Assembly (NCBI GenBank): GCA_963845755.1
Contig: CAWJTV010000024.1
Location: forward strand, 32,001 to 96,000
Reading direction: 5' to 3'
Length of the DNA stretch: 64,000 nucleotides
Origin: an uncultured Planctomycetota bacterium
Lineage (GTDB): Bacteria > Planctomycetota > Planctomycetia > Isosphaerales > Isosphaeraceae
The translations under genes and the position numbers were made by a program. Each line of letters begins with the position of its first letter. Within the stretch, counting starts at the first letter, position 1. Below the pieces are notes generated by a model. The model was given only the letters and a program-made list of their open reading frames with translations. It searched no databases and was not told where the DNA came from. This document shows, piece by piece, positions 31,723-42,049 of this stretch.

Positions 31723-32817
31723 TCACTTCGTCCCGGGCATCGCCGCGATCCACTGGCGCACCAGTGCCACGCTCTCCTCGTGCATCAGCCGCTTGCCCAG
31801 CTCGGGCATCATGACGCCCGGGTGAGTCGAGGCGATCCGGTAGGCGATGATGGATTGATCGGGCCGGCCGGGGACGATGTCGAACGCCCGCCCGCCCGAG
31901 CCGAGCCCGGCGGCCACGGGCACCTTGTAGACGCCGAAGCTGGTCGGGTTGCGCTGGGAAGCCAGCAGGTCGAGCCCGGAGTTGCGCGCCGGGCCTTCGG
32001 GATTGTGGCAGTGGGCGCAATTGATCTCCAGCCAGGCGCGGGCGCGGTCGTCGAGCGGGCCGCTTTTCGGGTCGTCCCACACGGCCAGTCGCGGCGCTTC
32101 GGTCGGGGACGGCGCCCCGGCCAGTGCGCCGAGGCGCGTCCAGTGCGCGAGCTGGTTCTCCGTCCCTTCGCGATAGGCAAACTCGCGGTTGAGGAGTCGC
32201 GCCTTCGGGCCGATCGGCACCATCGTCTCGCCGGCCTTGTGGCAACCCTTGCACTGGTTGCTATTGGGGATGATGTAGTTGTTGGTCCGCGTGCGGCCGT
32301 CGGTGTGGATCCAGCTCACGTCAACCATGTCGCCGGCGACGTCGAGGGTCGCCTCGGTCTGGGCGTCGTTCCAGATATACGGCCGGCCGACCCAACCGTC
32401 GGGCTCGCGTTCAAGGATCCGGGTCTCGATCAGCCGGCGTCCTTTCGACGGGTCGCGCGCATCTCGCGGGTAGGCGAACGTCTTGGCGATCACCGTGCCC
32501 ACGGGGAACTCGAAGGCGTCAACGTCGCGGTACGTCGCGTGCGTGCCCGCCGGCAGCTTGACGAACCGGAATTTCTCGGCGTAGTCGCTGAACAGCGGCG
32601 AGTTGAGGTCGTAGGGGATCACCCCCTCGGCCGGTCTCTGCGCGGCGGGCTCACCGGCGAACAGGGCGTACTGCGAGAGCTTCTCGAACGGCCGCGACGG
32701 GGCTGGCGCCGCGGCAGGCACAGGCACAGACCGCGACCCACACCCCGAGATGGCCAGCAGGAGCACGCCGGCCCAGGCGGCGAACATCCTGGGCCTCATC
32801 ATGAGTCGCGCGCTCAC
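31723..32817 (-). CDS. Diheme c-type cytochrome lipoprotein (SO2930/TIGR03806-like)
   Basis: Lipobox ISGC; YDLNSPLFSDYAEKFR, FPVGTVIAKTF; CKGCH and CAHCH; MMPELG. Confidence 0.85.
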   Translation of the reverse strand: MSARLMMRPRMFAAWAGVLLLAISGCGSRSVPVPAAAPAPSRPFEKLSQYALFAGEPAAQRPAEGVIPYDLNSPLFSDYAEKFRFVKLPAGTHATYRDVDAFEFPVGTVIAKTFAYPRDARDPSKGRRLIETRILEREPDGWVGRPYIWNDAQTEATLDVAGDMVDVSWIHTDGRTRTNNYIIPNSNQCKGCHKAGETMVPIGPKARLLNREFAYREGTENQLAHWTRLGALAGAPSPTEAPRLAVWDDPKSGPLDDRARAWLEINCAHCHNPEGPARNSGLDLLASQRNPTSFGVYKVPVAAGLGSGGRAFDIVPGRPDQSIIAYRIASTHPGVMMPELGKRLMHEESVALVRQWIAAMPGTK

Positions 32818-34142
32818 TTCAAGCCCTCGATCGAGACCGGTGCCAGCGCCTTCAAGGTTCCGTCGTACGCTTTGACGTCGCGGACCAGGTTGGGTGTCTT
32901 CCCCTTCTCGGGCTCGGAGGCGGATGCCTTCAGGGCGGGAGCATCGAAATTGGCGAAACCCGCCTTCCCATTGTCGTGGATGCGGATCGCCAGCTCGTCG
33001 GGCAGCTTGCCACTGACCGCTTTCTTGGGATCGACAACGCCGTCATAGAGCATGTCGGGAAGCGGGGTTCCCAGGGCTTTGGTCAGCAGCTCCCCGAGTG
33101 CCCCGGCCGGCTTCTCCCCGTTGGACGCGAATCGGTTGTTGTGGACGTGGATCGCCTCGCAGAATGGGTCGTACGTCGCGTCCGCGAGTGGCTTGTCCAT
33201 GATCAGATAGCTGACGACCGAGAGGCCCGCGGTCTGGTTGTGCTCGATCGTATTGTCGAAGATCTCGACCTGGTCGTTGGCCATGACCATGATCCCGCTG
33301 CCCGGTGGGACGCTCGCCACGGTGTTCCCCTTGGGGGCGAAATTCTCGTGGTTGTTGGCGAGCACCCGGTTCTGGAAGACGCGACAGTGGCGGCCGTCCT
33401 TCTTGGGCAAGTCGGGCATCGTGAAGACGAGGATGCCGCCGGAGTTGTCGGTAGCGAGGTTCTCGAAGACGTCGGCTCGGGTCGAGTTCTCGATCTCGAT
33501 CCCCGCCACGTTTTGCCGGACCGTGTTGCGCCGAACGATGATGTTCTCCGACTGGCCCACGTAGATGCCCGCGTCCGACGCGCCAATCGCCGTGCAGTTC
33601 TCGATCACCACATCCGTGCAGATGACGGGGTAAAACCCGTAGCCGCCGTTGGTCTCCTTCGGCCCGCCGGTCCACTCGGCGCGGAGGTTGCGGAAGATCA
33701 GCTTTCTGGTCCCCTGAGCCTTGATCGCGTCGCCGCGGGCGTCTTCCACGGCCAGGTCCTCGATGGTGACGTTCTCCTTGCTGGTGACGAGCAGCCCCTC
33801 ACCGCCGGTCCCCTGCCCCTGATCCTTGAAGTTGAGGATCGTCTTGTCCGGCCCCTGACCTCGAACCGTCACACCACTGGCGTCGAGCGAGAGCGTCGCA
33901 CGGAAGTCGAACCGACCCGCACCGAGTTCGATGACATCACCCGGCTTGGCATTGATCATCGCCGTCTGGGCCTTCTTCGGAGCATCCGGGCCGGGATCGA
34001 TCCGGATCATGCCGGTGCTCTCAACACCGCTGGTTGAACCTCCGGCCGACGGAGCCCCGGTGGGAACCGGCTGCTCCGAACACCCGGCGACGAACACCGC
34101 GGCACCGCAAAGGGCCACAGTGGAGAATCTCACGATGCGCAT
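32814..34142 (-). CDS. Parallel beta-helix lipoprotein (TIGR03805-like)
   Basis: Lipobox VAGC; NGGYGFYPV, GASDAGIYVGQS, NVAGIEIENS, NSGGILVF; 4-bp overlap with the cytochrome gene. Confidence 0.85.
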   Translation of the reverse strand: MRIVRFSTVALCGAAVFVAGCSEQPVPTGAPSAGGSTSGVESTGMIRIDPGPDAPKKAQTAMINAKPGDVIELGAGRFDFRATLSLDASGVTVRGQGPDKTILNFKDQGQGTGGEGLLVTSKENVTIEDLAVEDARGDAIKAQGTRKLIFRNLRAEWTGGPKETNGGYGFYPVICTDVVIENCTAIGASDAGIYVGQSENIIVRRNTVRQNVAGIEIENSTRADVFENLATDNSGGILVFTMPDLPKKDGRHCRVFQNRVLANNHENFAPKGNTVASVPPGSGIMVMANDQVEIFDNTIEHNQTAGLSVVSYLIMDKPLADATYDPFCEAIHVHNNRFASNGEKPAGALGELLTKALGTPLPDMLYDGVVDPKKAVSGKLPDELAIRIHDNGKAGFANFDAPALKASASEPEKGKTPNLVRDVKAYDGTLKALAPVSIEGLK

Positions 34143-34395
34143 GACGGTTCTCCCTGTCCAAAGAGGCGGACCCCTTCGCCTCGCGGAGCTATCCCCTTTG
34201 ATCTCCCCGAGACCGGCGTCGGCCGCTGCACATAGATTCTATGTCCACACTCGAACAAACGCCATGTACGATCGTTGGCGACGACCCGGTAAGAAACAGC
34301 CCTGACACACTCGACCATCGGCGCGACGTGAAGGCTCTTGTACGATAGTCCCGTTGTCGCGTATCCGAAGGACGACCAGGGCCGAGGGCGAGGCC

Positions 34396-35082
34396 ATGCA
34401 ACTGATCCGGAAGATCCGGTTCTCGATGGGGACGATCATGATGTTCGTCCTCATGGTCGCATCGGCCATGGCCCTGTTCGTGAAGATCCAGGAGTATACC
34501 GATTCCGCTGCCTTGCCGGGCTTGAAGACCGACGTCCCCAGCCTGTTGATCCTCGCCATCGTCCTGACCGCCGTCGCCCTCGGCTCGTGGAAGGAACATA
34601 CGGTCGTCCAGATCATGCTCCAGGTGACGCTTGCCTGTTTCATCATGCTGACGTTGATCTGGATCGGCGAGGCCCAGTACGAACGCGCGGTTCGCTACTG
34701 GTGCCAGACGACGTTCGCCGCGACGGTCACTCTCCCCATGATCGCCCGGAGGTTCGTCAAGACAGGGATGGCCCGAGGTCCGCGCCGGGATTGGTGGAAG
34801 AAGTCGTGCGAATCCGTCTTCTTCTCATTCTTGACCATGATGCTCGTGGCCGCCGGAGGCGTGTTCCAGCTCGCTGTCTACGAGGCGACAGCCTCCCTTC
34901 CGATCGTCAAGAGGGCAGTGACCCCGCCGACACCCGTTTTCCCCAACCCCGCCTTGACGGTCCCGCCGCCGCCGGTCCCTCCAACCGTTGTTCCCGATAC
35001 CCGCGATAACGAATCGCCGGCCCTTCCGCCGGGCTTCCCGCCAGGCGTCGCTCCTGTCGTCCCCAAGGACGCGGGCGAGTAA
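34396..35082 (+). CDS. Hypothetical membrane protein with Pro-rich C-terminal tail
   Basis: About 5 hydrophobic segments; N-terminal RFSMGTIM motif. Confidence 0.7.
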   Translation: MQLIRKIRFSMGTIMMFVLMVASAMALFVKIQEYTDSAALPGLKTDVPSLLILAIVLTAVALGSWKEHTVVQIMLQVTLACFIMLTLIWIGEAQYERAVRYWCQTTFAATVTLPMIARRFVKTGMARGPRRDWWKKSCESVFFSFLTMMLVAAGGVFQLAVYEATASLPIVKRAVTPPTPVFPNPALTVPPPPVPPTVVPDTRDNESPALPPGFPPGVAPVVPKDAGE

Positions 35083-35113
35083 GCAGCCGCGCAGGAGGAG
35101 CCTGAGTCGCCTT

Positions 35114-35788
35114 TCAATCGTCCCGCAGGCCGTTCCCAGGACCGGGATAGGATCGGGCGTACGTGGGCAACTCGATGCCCGCCGCCAGCCGCGGACACGA
35201 AATCGCCGCGCCGGCCGCGATCGTCAGAGGCAAGACGCCCGCCCAGGTCGGCAGACCGTAGTCTTCCTCGTCGTCCACGGGAGGGCCAGTGCGGACCTTG
35301 GCCGACGCCTCGTCGATCGGCAGCGAGAGGACCAACGTCGCCTTGAGCTCGCCGGGCGTCGGAACCCGAATGTCACGCCAGCGCCCCGGGACCAGGTGCT
35401 CGGCCAGGACCTGGAGGACCCGGGCCTTCTCCTCCGCGTCGTCCACCGCCTGGGCCGTGCTGAAGACAACGACCGAGCGGTAGTTCATCGAATGGTGGAA
35501 CGCGGACCGGGCCAGGACCAGGCCATCAACCAGCGTGACCGTGACGCAGACGTCAACCCCACCGGCAAGCGTCTTGAGCATCCGGCTTGCCGGCGACCCG
35601 TGGACGTAAAGCCGCTCGCCCACCCGTACGTGGATGGTCGGGATCACGAACGGACGCCCGTCGACCACGAATCCCACATGACAGATCAGCGCCTCGTCGA
35701 GGATGGCGTGGATCAGCGAACGATCATAGGCGGCGCGAGCGGGGAGGCGTCGCACGGTCGTCCGCTCGGTACGAGGGATCTCGTTCAT
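35114..35788 (-). CDS. Pyridoxamine 5'-phosphate oxidase-like flavin-binding protein (NimA-like)
   Basis: [53 protein letters not shown]. Confidence 0.9.
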   Translation of the reverse strand: MNEIPRTERTTVRRLPARAAYDRSLIHAILDEALICHVGFVVDGRPFVIPTIHVRVGERLYVHGSPASRMLKTLAGGVDVCVTVTLVDGLVLARSAFHHSMNYRSVVVFSTAQAVDDAEEKARVLQVLAEHLVPGRWRDIRVPTPGELKATLVLSLPIDEASAKVRTGPPVDDEEDYGLPTWAGVLPLTIAAGAAISCPRLAAGIELPTYARSYPGPGNGLRDD

Positions 35789-35883
35789 GCGGGGTTTCGC
35801 TTTCTATCGGCCTGAGTGTTTCGGTCTTGGGGATCGGGATGGAGACCAATCATCCTATCGTGACTCAAGGGCATTCGAGGAGG

Positions 35884-36051
35884 GATTCTGGATTCCCGAT
35901 TCCGGATTCCCGATTCCGGATTCCCGATTCCGGATTCCCGATTCCGGATTCCCGATTCCGGATTTCCGATTGCGGATTCCGGATTCCCGATTCCGGATTT
36001 CCGATTGCGGATTCCGGATTCCCGATTCCGGATTCCGGATTCCCGATCCTG
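35884..36051. repeat. Tandem heptamer array, 24 x GATTCC(C/G)-type units
   Basis: 168 bp = 24 x 7; mostly alternating GATTCCC/GATTCCG with two GATTTCC-GATTGCG variants. Confidence 0.95.
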
Positions 36052-36096
36052 GTTCGCGGAACCGTGTTCTTCCGGGTCATCGGCCGATTCCCCCGG

Positions 36097-36125
36097 TTGA
36101 CCTCGGCCCGGTCAAAACGGACAAT
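36097..36125 (+). promoter_or_regulatory. sigma70-like promoter for gpmA with an overlapping palindrome
   Basis: TTGACC-N17-GACAAT; TTGACC-N7-GGTCAA inverted repeat. Confidence 0.45.
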
Positions 36126-36173
36126 GCGACGACGTGCCCGAGGGATAGACCATGCGGAATCGCAGGAAATCTT

Positions 36174-36920
36174 ATGATCAAGCTTGTCCTTCTGCGCCAC
36201 GGCGAGAGCATCTGGAACAAGGAGAACCTCTTCACCGGCTGGACCGACGTCGACCTGTCCGATCATGGCAAGGCCGAGGCCAGGCGGGCCGGGGAGCTCC
36301 TGAAGGCGGAGGGATTCACCTTCGACGTCGCCTTCACGTCAGTCCTGAAACGGGCGGTCCGCACCCTCTGGATCACGCTCGACGAGCTGGACCTGATGTG
36401 GATCCCCGTGGAGCACTCGTGGCGGCTCAACGAGCGACATTACGGGGCGCTACAAGGTCTGAACAAGGCGCAGACCGCGGCGAAGTACGGCGATGATCAG
36501 GTCCTGACCTGGCGCCGCAGCTACGACGTTCCGCCGCCGGCCCTCGAGCCGTCCGACTCTCGCTATCCCGGCTCCGACCCGCGCTACCGCGACCTCAGCC
36601 CCTCCGAACTCCCCGTGACCGAGTGCCTCAAGGACACCGTCGCGCGGTTCCTCCCCTACTGGCACCAGTCGATCGTGCCGACGATCCAGACTGGCAAGAA
36701 GGTCATCATCGCGGCCCACGGCAACAGCCTGCGGGCGCTGGTGAAATACCTCGACAAGATCTCCGACGAGGAAATCGTCGGCCTGAACATTCCGACCGGC
36801 GTGCCTTTGGTCTACGAGCTGACCGAGCAACTCGAGCCAATCCGACATTACTACCTCGGCGACCCCGAGGAGGTCGCCAGGGCCGCGGCGGCCGTCGCCA
36901 ACCAAGGGAAGGCGAAATAA
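36174..36920 (+). CDS. gpmA: 2,3-bisphosphoglycerate-dependent phosphoglycerate mutase
   Basis: [46 protein letters not shown]. Confidence 0.97.
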   Translation: MIKLVLLRHGESIWNKENLFTGWTDVDLSDHGKAEARRAGELLKAEGFTFDVAFTSVLKRAVRTLWITLDELDLMWIPVEHSWRLNERHYGALQGLNKAQTAAKYGDDQVLTWRRSYDVPPPALEPSDSRYPGSDPRYRDLSPSELPVTECLKDTVARFLPYWHQSIVPTIQTGKKVIIAAHGNSLRALVKYLDKISDEEIVGLNIPTGVPLVYELTEQLEPIRHYYLGDPEEVARAAAAVANQGKAK

Positions 36921-36938
36921 CGGTGAGCGGTCCCGAAT

Positions 36939-37148
36939 TTAGAACAGCGTATAGATGAACGGCATCGCGGCGGTGCTGGAGAGCAGGATCAGCGTGCCCA
37001 GAAGCAGCATGACGATCATGATCGGAAGCAGCCACCACTTCTTGTTCTGGGCCAGGAATGCCCAGAACTCGCTGGCCAGGCTTTCGCCCTGGGAGTCGGC
37101 AGCCGCTTTCTCGAACTCACTGGGTGGTTTGGGGGTCATCTCGTTCAT
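36939..37148 (-). CDS. DUF5989 / SxtK-like small membrane protein
   Basis: FWAFL..NKKWWLLPI...PFIYTLF. Confidence 0.85.
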   Translation of the reverse strand: MNEMTPKPPSEFEKAAADSQGESLASEFWAFLAQNKKWWLLPIMIVMLLLGTLILLSSTAAMPFIYTLF

Positions 37149-37185
37149 CGTCACGATCCTGATCGGTAAGGGGACTGGCGGCTCG

Positions 37186-37602
37186 TTAAAACTGCTTGAA
37201 ATAGCGCCTCAGGTCGGCCGGGGCTGACTTGGGACTCCAGTACGATTCGAGGTTGGATGAACGGGCGCGCTGGAGCGGGTCGCGGCCGATGAGGCGGAAC
37301 ACCAGGCCGATCGGCACGAACAGGCCGTAGAACATCGCCAGGAGTATGACCTGTGAGACCGTCCAGCCGATCGGGAAGGCCAGGACCATCCAGCCGACAA
37401 AGATGAAACGCACCCACTCGGGGTGCGCCAGGCCCGCCAGGCCGACCACCAGGGCGAGGGCCGCAAAGGACCAACCGAGGGACGTGTGTCCCTTCACCAG
37501 GGCCTGCCAGAGGGCGACCCCGCCGAAGAAGACGAGCCAGAGCCCGGCGAACTGCCGTAACGTCGAGCGGTTCGGTTGGAACTGGATATCGGCCCATCTC
37601 AT
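37186..37602 (-). CDS. SxtJ-family membrane protein
   Basis: LRQFAGL, WMVLAFPIGW.VS, PIGLVFRLIGRDPL, SYW, Y.KQF. Confidence 0.85.
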   Translation of the reverse strand: MRWADIQFQPNRSTLRQFAGLWLVFFGGVALWQALVKGHTSLGWSFAALALVVGLAGLAHPEWVRFIFVGWMVLAFPIGWTVSQVILLAMFYGLFVPIGLVFRLIGRDPLQRARSSNLESYWSPKSAPADLRRYFKQF

Positions 37603-37630
37603 CGGCGGCCTCGTGAAATCGGATATCCGC

Positions 37631-39485
37631 TCAATCGAGCTGGAACTGGGCCAGATAGGCCTCGCGGGCATCCAGACCGGCCGCGCGCCGCGGCGTCCTT
37701 GACGATCACGACGTCTTCCATCACCAGGGCGTCCATGTCGGTGGCCAGGAAACATCGGTAGGCGTCCTCGGGCGTGCAGACGATCGGCTCGCCACGGACG
37801 TTGAAGCTGGTGTTGACCAGCACCGGACATCCGGTCAGTCGGTCGAAGGCTTCGAGCAACCGGTGGAAGCGCGGGTTGCGCTCCTCGTCGATGGTCTGGA
37901 GCCGAGCACTGTAATCGACGTGGGTCACCGCCGGGATCTCGGAGCGAACCACGTTGACGCGCCGACGCAGGTCGGGGTCGTGCTCCATCACCCGCAGGAC
38001 CTCGGCGTCGACGGGAACCCGGCGCGGCTCCAGGACGGGCGCGACCAGGAGCATGTAGGGGCTCTCGTGGTCCGGCTTGATGTCGAACCATTCGGACGCC
38101 CGTTCCCGGAGCACGGCCGGGGCGAACGGCCGGAAGCTCTCGCGGAACTTGATCTTGACGTTCATGGTGGCCTGCATCGCCGGGGAGCGGGGATCGCCCA
38201 GGATGCTGCGCGCACCCAAGGCCCTGGGCCCGAATTCCATCCGCCCCTGGAACCAGCCGACGACCTTGCCGTCGGCGAGCAGGCCGGCGACGTGGTCGAG
38301 CAGCTCGCACTCGTCGTCGAACCGCCGCCGGGATCGGCCGTGAGCGGCCAGGAATCGCTCGATTTCGTCGGTCGAGAAGCCCGGGCCGAGGAAGCTCCCC
38401 TGCTGGGCGTCGCGGCCGCCGGGATGGCGAGGGTGATCCAGGAGCTGGTGCCAGACGAACAGGGCCGCACCGAGCGCACCGCCGGCATCACCGGCGGCCG
38501 GCTGGATCCAGAGATCGTCGAAGTCGCCTTCGCGGAGCAGCCGGCCGTTGGCCACGCAGTTCAGCGCCACTCCACCGGCCAGGACCAGGTGCTTCATGCC
38601 GGTCTGCCGGCTCACGTGGCGGCCGATCCGCAGGACCGCCTCCTCGGTCACGGCCTGGATGCTGGCAGCCAGGTCCATGTGCCGCTGCTCCAGGGGAGAC
38701 TCCGGCGCCCGCGGCGGGCCGCCAAAGAGACGATGGAACCGTCGATTGGTCATCGTCAGCCCCTGGCAGTACTGGAAATAGTCCATGTCGAGCCAGAAAC
38801 TGCCGTCGGGTTTGAGGTCCACCAAATGCTCGAGGATCAGGTCTCGATAAATCGGCCGCCCGTAAGGGGCCAGACCCATCAGCTTGTATTCGCCGCTGTT
38901 GACCTTGAAGCCGCAATAATAGGTAAACGCCGAATACAGCAGGCCCAGCGAGTGGGGGAACGCGATCTGGTCAACCAGGCGGATGCGATTCCCTTCGCCG
39001 ACGCCGAAGGTGGCCGTGCTCCACTCACCGACCCCGTCCAGGGTCACGATCGCCGCCCGGTCGAAGGGACTTGGGAAAAACGCGCTGGCGGCGTGACTCT
39101 CATGATGGTCCGTAAAGATCAGCCGGGCGCGGGTCCGCCCCCCGAGTCCGCGGCGCAAGGTCCGCCGCATGTACAGCTTATCCTTGAGCCACAAGGGCAT
39201 CGCCAGGCGAAAGCTGCGGAACCCCGCCGGCGCGAAGGCCAGGTAGGTCTCGAGCAGGCGTTCAAACTTGGTCAACGGCTTGTCGTAAAAGGCGACGTAG
39301 TCCAGGTCGTCCGTCGCGATCCCCGCTTCTTGCAAACAAGAGTGGATCGCCTTCGCAGGAAACGCCGGATCGTGCTTGATCCGCGTGAACCGCTCCTCCT
39401 GGGCCGCGGCGACGATCCGTCCATCGACCACGAGTGCCGCGGCGCTGTCGTGATAGAAGGCAGAAATCCCCAGGATCGCGGCCAT
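37631..39485 (-). CDS. Carbamoyltransferase (NodU/CmcH/SxtI family), frameshift near the C-terminus at about 37685
   Basis: ILGISAFYHDSAAAL, AQEERFTR.KH, HHESHAASAF, GEYKLMGLAPYG, EFGPRALGARS, NTSFNVRGEPIV; family-typical end AQFQLD* is in the shifted frame. Confidence 0.93.
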
Positions 39486-39804
39486 GTTTCGCTAAACCTC
39501 TGCGGGTCTCTTCCGGCCCGGCCTTTGGCCAGAGCCATGCGGTCCCCCATCATAACCGAGGACGACCGTGTCTTTCCATGCCGTCGGAAAGCCCGAATCC
39601 CCAGGCAAATGCGTAACTGAGGAGATCCCGAGAGGCTCTATATCCTGGGTCAGGAAAAAGAAAGTATGACTTGAGATTCAAGCACGTTCTATGAGAAGAT
39701 ACAGGACAAATCGGGATCAAAATGGGTCGTATGGGTTCACGGGCTGTCGATCCTTTTCGAATCCCTTCCTCACTTAAAGTGGACAAACGTTTCCGGTAAC
39801 CACC

Positions 39805-40626
39805 ATGACGTCGCTCACCATCCGCTCGCCGCACCATTCAGCATCCGAGACCCCTCAACACATCCCCGCCAGGTCCCTGACCTCGCCCTGGATGTGGATG
39901 GTTGTCGCCTGTCTCCTCCTGGGAATCTCCGGTGGGATCCGGTACTGGCGCGAGCAGCAGTTCGCGACCCTGGCCGCGGAAAGTGGCTCCCCTCCCTTCC
40001 AGTTGGCTGAATTACCCCGGACCCTGGGTGACTGGCGATCCGAGGAAGCCGCGGACGGCCAGCTCGACCCCAAGGTGGCACAGATCGCGGGATCGACCGA
40101 CTATATTGTCCGGACCTATCTGAACGAGAAGAGTGGCGATCAGATGTCAACCCTGATCCTCTACGGGTTGGCGGAACAGGTCTTCGGCCACATGCCGGAT
40201 GTTTGTTATCCGTCCGCCGGCTATCAATTGGTCAAGGGACCTGTGGATCGTGAGTTGAAGGTGCCCGGCTTGAAGGACCCCGTGCGATATCGTTGGGCGA
40301 TTTACATGAAGCGGATCGGCGGGCTCGGGACCTATCAAGAGGCCTACCACACGTTCTACCATGATGGCCAATGGATGCCCGATACCTCGAATCGATGGAA
40401 GTCGTTCCGTTATCACCCCGGCATGTTCAAGATCCAGCTCGGCCGTACCGTCTCGGGCTTGAGCGATGAGGTGAATGGCCCGAGTGAAGCGATACTCAGC
40501 GCGCTCGTCCAGGAGATCAACAGCCGAGTGGCTCCCAAGTCGGCCGTCGAGGCGAGCAAGACCACACCGGTCTCCGAATCGCCGGCACCCCAGCCTGCGA
40601 CTCCACAAGGGACAGGAGCCGGTTGA
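39805..40626 (+). CDS. epsI: Exosortase-associated EpsI-family protein
   Basis: N-terminal TM, LPRTLGDW, RTY, HMPDVCYPSAGY. Confidence 0.8.
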   Translation: MTSLTIRSPHHSASETPQHIPARSLTSPWMWMVVACLLLGISGGIRYWREQQFATLAAESGSPPFQLAELPRTLGDWRSEEAADGQLDPKVAQIAGSTDYIVRTYLNEKSGDQMSTLILYGLAEQVFGHMPDVCYPSAGYQLVKGPVDRELKVPGLKDPVRYRWAIYMKRIGGLGTYQEAYHTFYHDGQWMPDTSNRWKSFRYHPGMFKIQLGRTVSGLSDEVNGPSEAILSALVQEINSRVAPKSAVEASKTTPVSESPAPQPATPQGTGAG

Positions 40627-40773
40627 TCGGCCGTGATCTCGAAGGGTTTACGAGAAGCTCCTACGACGCGAAAACTTCCTCGTGCATCCTCTCATACGGC
40701 CGCCATTGCGGGCCTCGGTCGGTCACGACCATCGGCCTGACGGCTTCCTCATCCGCCGGCATCAAAGTCGAAT

Positions 40774-41040
40774 TCAGATGAGAGGGCTCTTCGTCTGACC
40801 AGAAGTGCGAGGCCGACTGTCCGGCCTCCTGATGAGCGCTGTGAACGTTCGTACAAAGGCTAGAACCACCATGCCGATCCCGCCCACAACGAGCACGATC
40901 AGCAGTACCGGTGTCAAATAGAGGGCCAACGCCACCGGGATCAGTTGGCTCAGACCCCGCGCACTTGATGTCTGTTCGTTCGTCGCTCTCGACATCAGGC
41001 CGAGCCCTCGAAACCGTGCTGAACGGATCTGGCTGGTCAT
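40774..41040 (-). CDS. Small hypothetical membrane protein
   Basis: GGGGAGG RBS; hydrophobic LALYLTPVLLIVLVVGGIGMVVL segment. Confidence 0.55.
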   Translation of the reverse strand: MTSQIRSARFRGLGLMSRATNEQTSSARGLSQLIPVALALYLTPVLLIVLVVGGIGMVVLAFVRTFTALIRRPDSRPRTSGQTKSPLI

Positions 41041-42049
41041 GTCGAAATCCTCCCCCAATTCGTGGGCAAGCGGCTCCAGGGTCGACTCCCGTGGTCTTCG
41101 AGAGGCCCGCTGAAATTCCCCCACCGCTCATTCCCACCTGCGGGTCACGTCACGATATCACTCATGTTCATTTTCACGAACGGTCCCGTCACACCTTCAA
41201 CGACCCGCCCGTCGTATCCTCAAAACATCTCGAACTCGCGACGGCCCTTGAACGACCCTATCAATGGATTCTAGGCTTCACCAGGAATTCTAGATCGGAA
41301 AACCCAAGTCCCAAACACGATTGTCAAAAAAATGATCCACTTTCCCGGAAACGCTCATTATAGCTATATCGCGTTTAATTTCAACCGACCGATGGGGTTT
41401 TTTGAAGATCAAACCCTCCGACGGTCACCAGATGGGATGGTACAACGTAATCCGCGATAGAATAGAGAGATCAGGTGAACTCCCGCACCCACTCCGGGAA
41501 TGGCGAGACGCCGGGTCGGAGCTATGCAAACCGCTCCTGCACGGGAGAATTGTGTTTTCCATGGCATAGAGTTGGTCTGAAAGAACGGCCGCGCAGTGGC
41601 GTCTTGAACCTTGAGTCAGTGGCAGAGAATGTCAAGATAGGCAATCTAGAAGACAATAATCGAGCGTTTGCCAAGTGAACTGATGTCTCGTGTTGCATCC
41701 GGTCAACGTTCGGCTCGTTCTGGGGGGTCGTCCGTCGCCGAACATGCAATTTTAATTTGACTAGGATCGACGGGGTCGATTAGAGTTTGACCAATGAACT
41801 CGCGCTAAATACTGCCGCTGGGAGCAATCGCGCCACCTTTGGGGAAGAGTTACTGCCCGCATGCACCATGAGTTGAACGATTTCAAGATCACAACTCGTG
41901 GACCGCGGTTTCCTGGTGAATCGGTCGTCCCATCGAACTCTGAGTTGCACCCTCGCAACCCCCGGTGGCCACGTCGGCCTCGATCGCAAACCGGCTTCAT
42001 CCTCTTGATGTTCCTCCAACACGATCCGTTTTGGTGAGCGACATACACG

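Noticed and set aside
35884..36051. CRISPR array
   Set aside because: Contiguous 7-bp units with no unique spacers, and no cas genes.
35787..36173. N-terminal repeat extension of GpmA
   Set aside because: This is read-through of the heptamer array. GpmA homology, the RBS and the promoter all point to ATG 36174.
36939..39485. Saxitoxin biosynthesis cluster
   Set aside because: Only sxtI/J/K-like genes are present. No sxtA, sxtG or other core genes are in the window.
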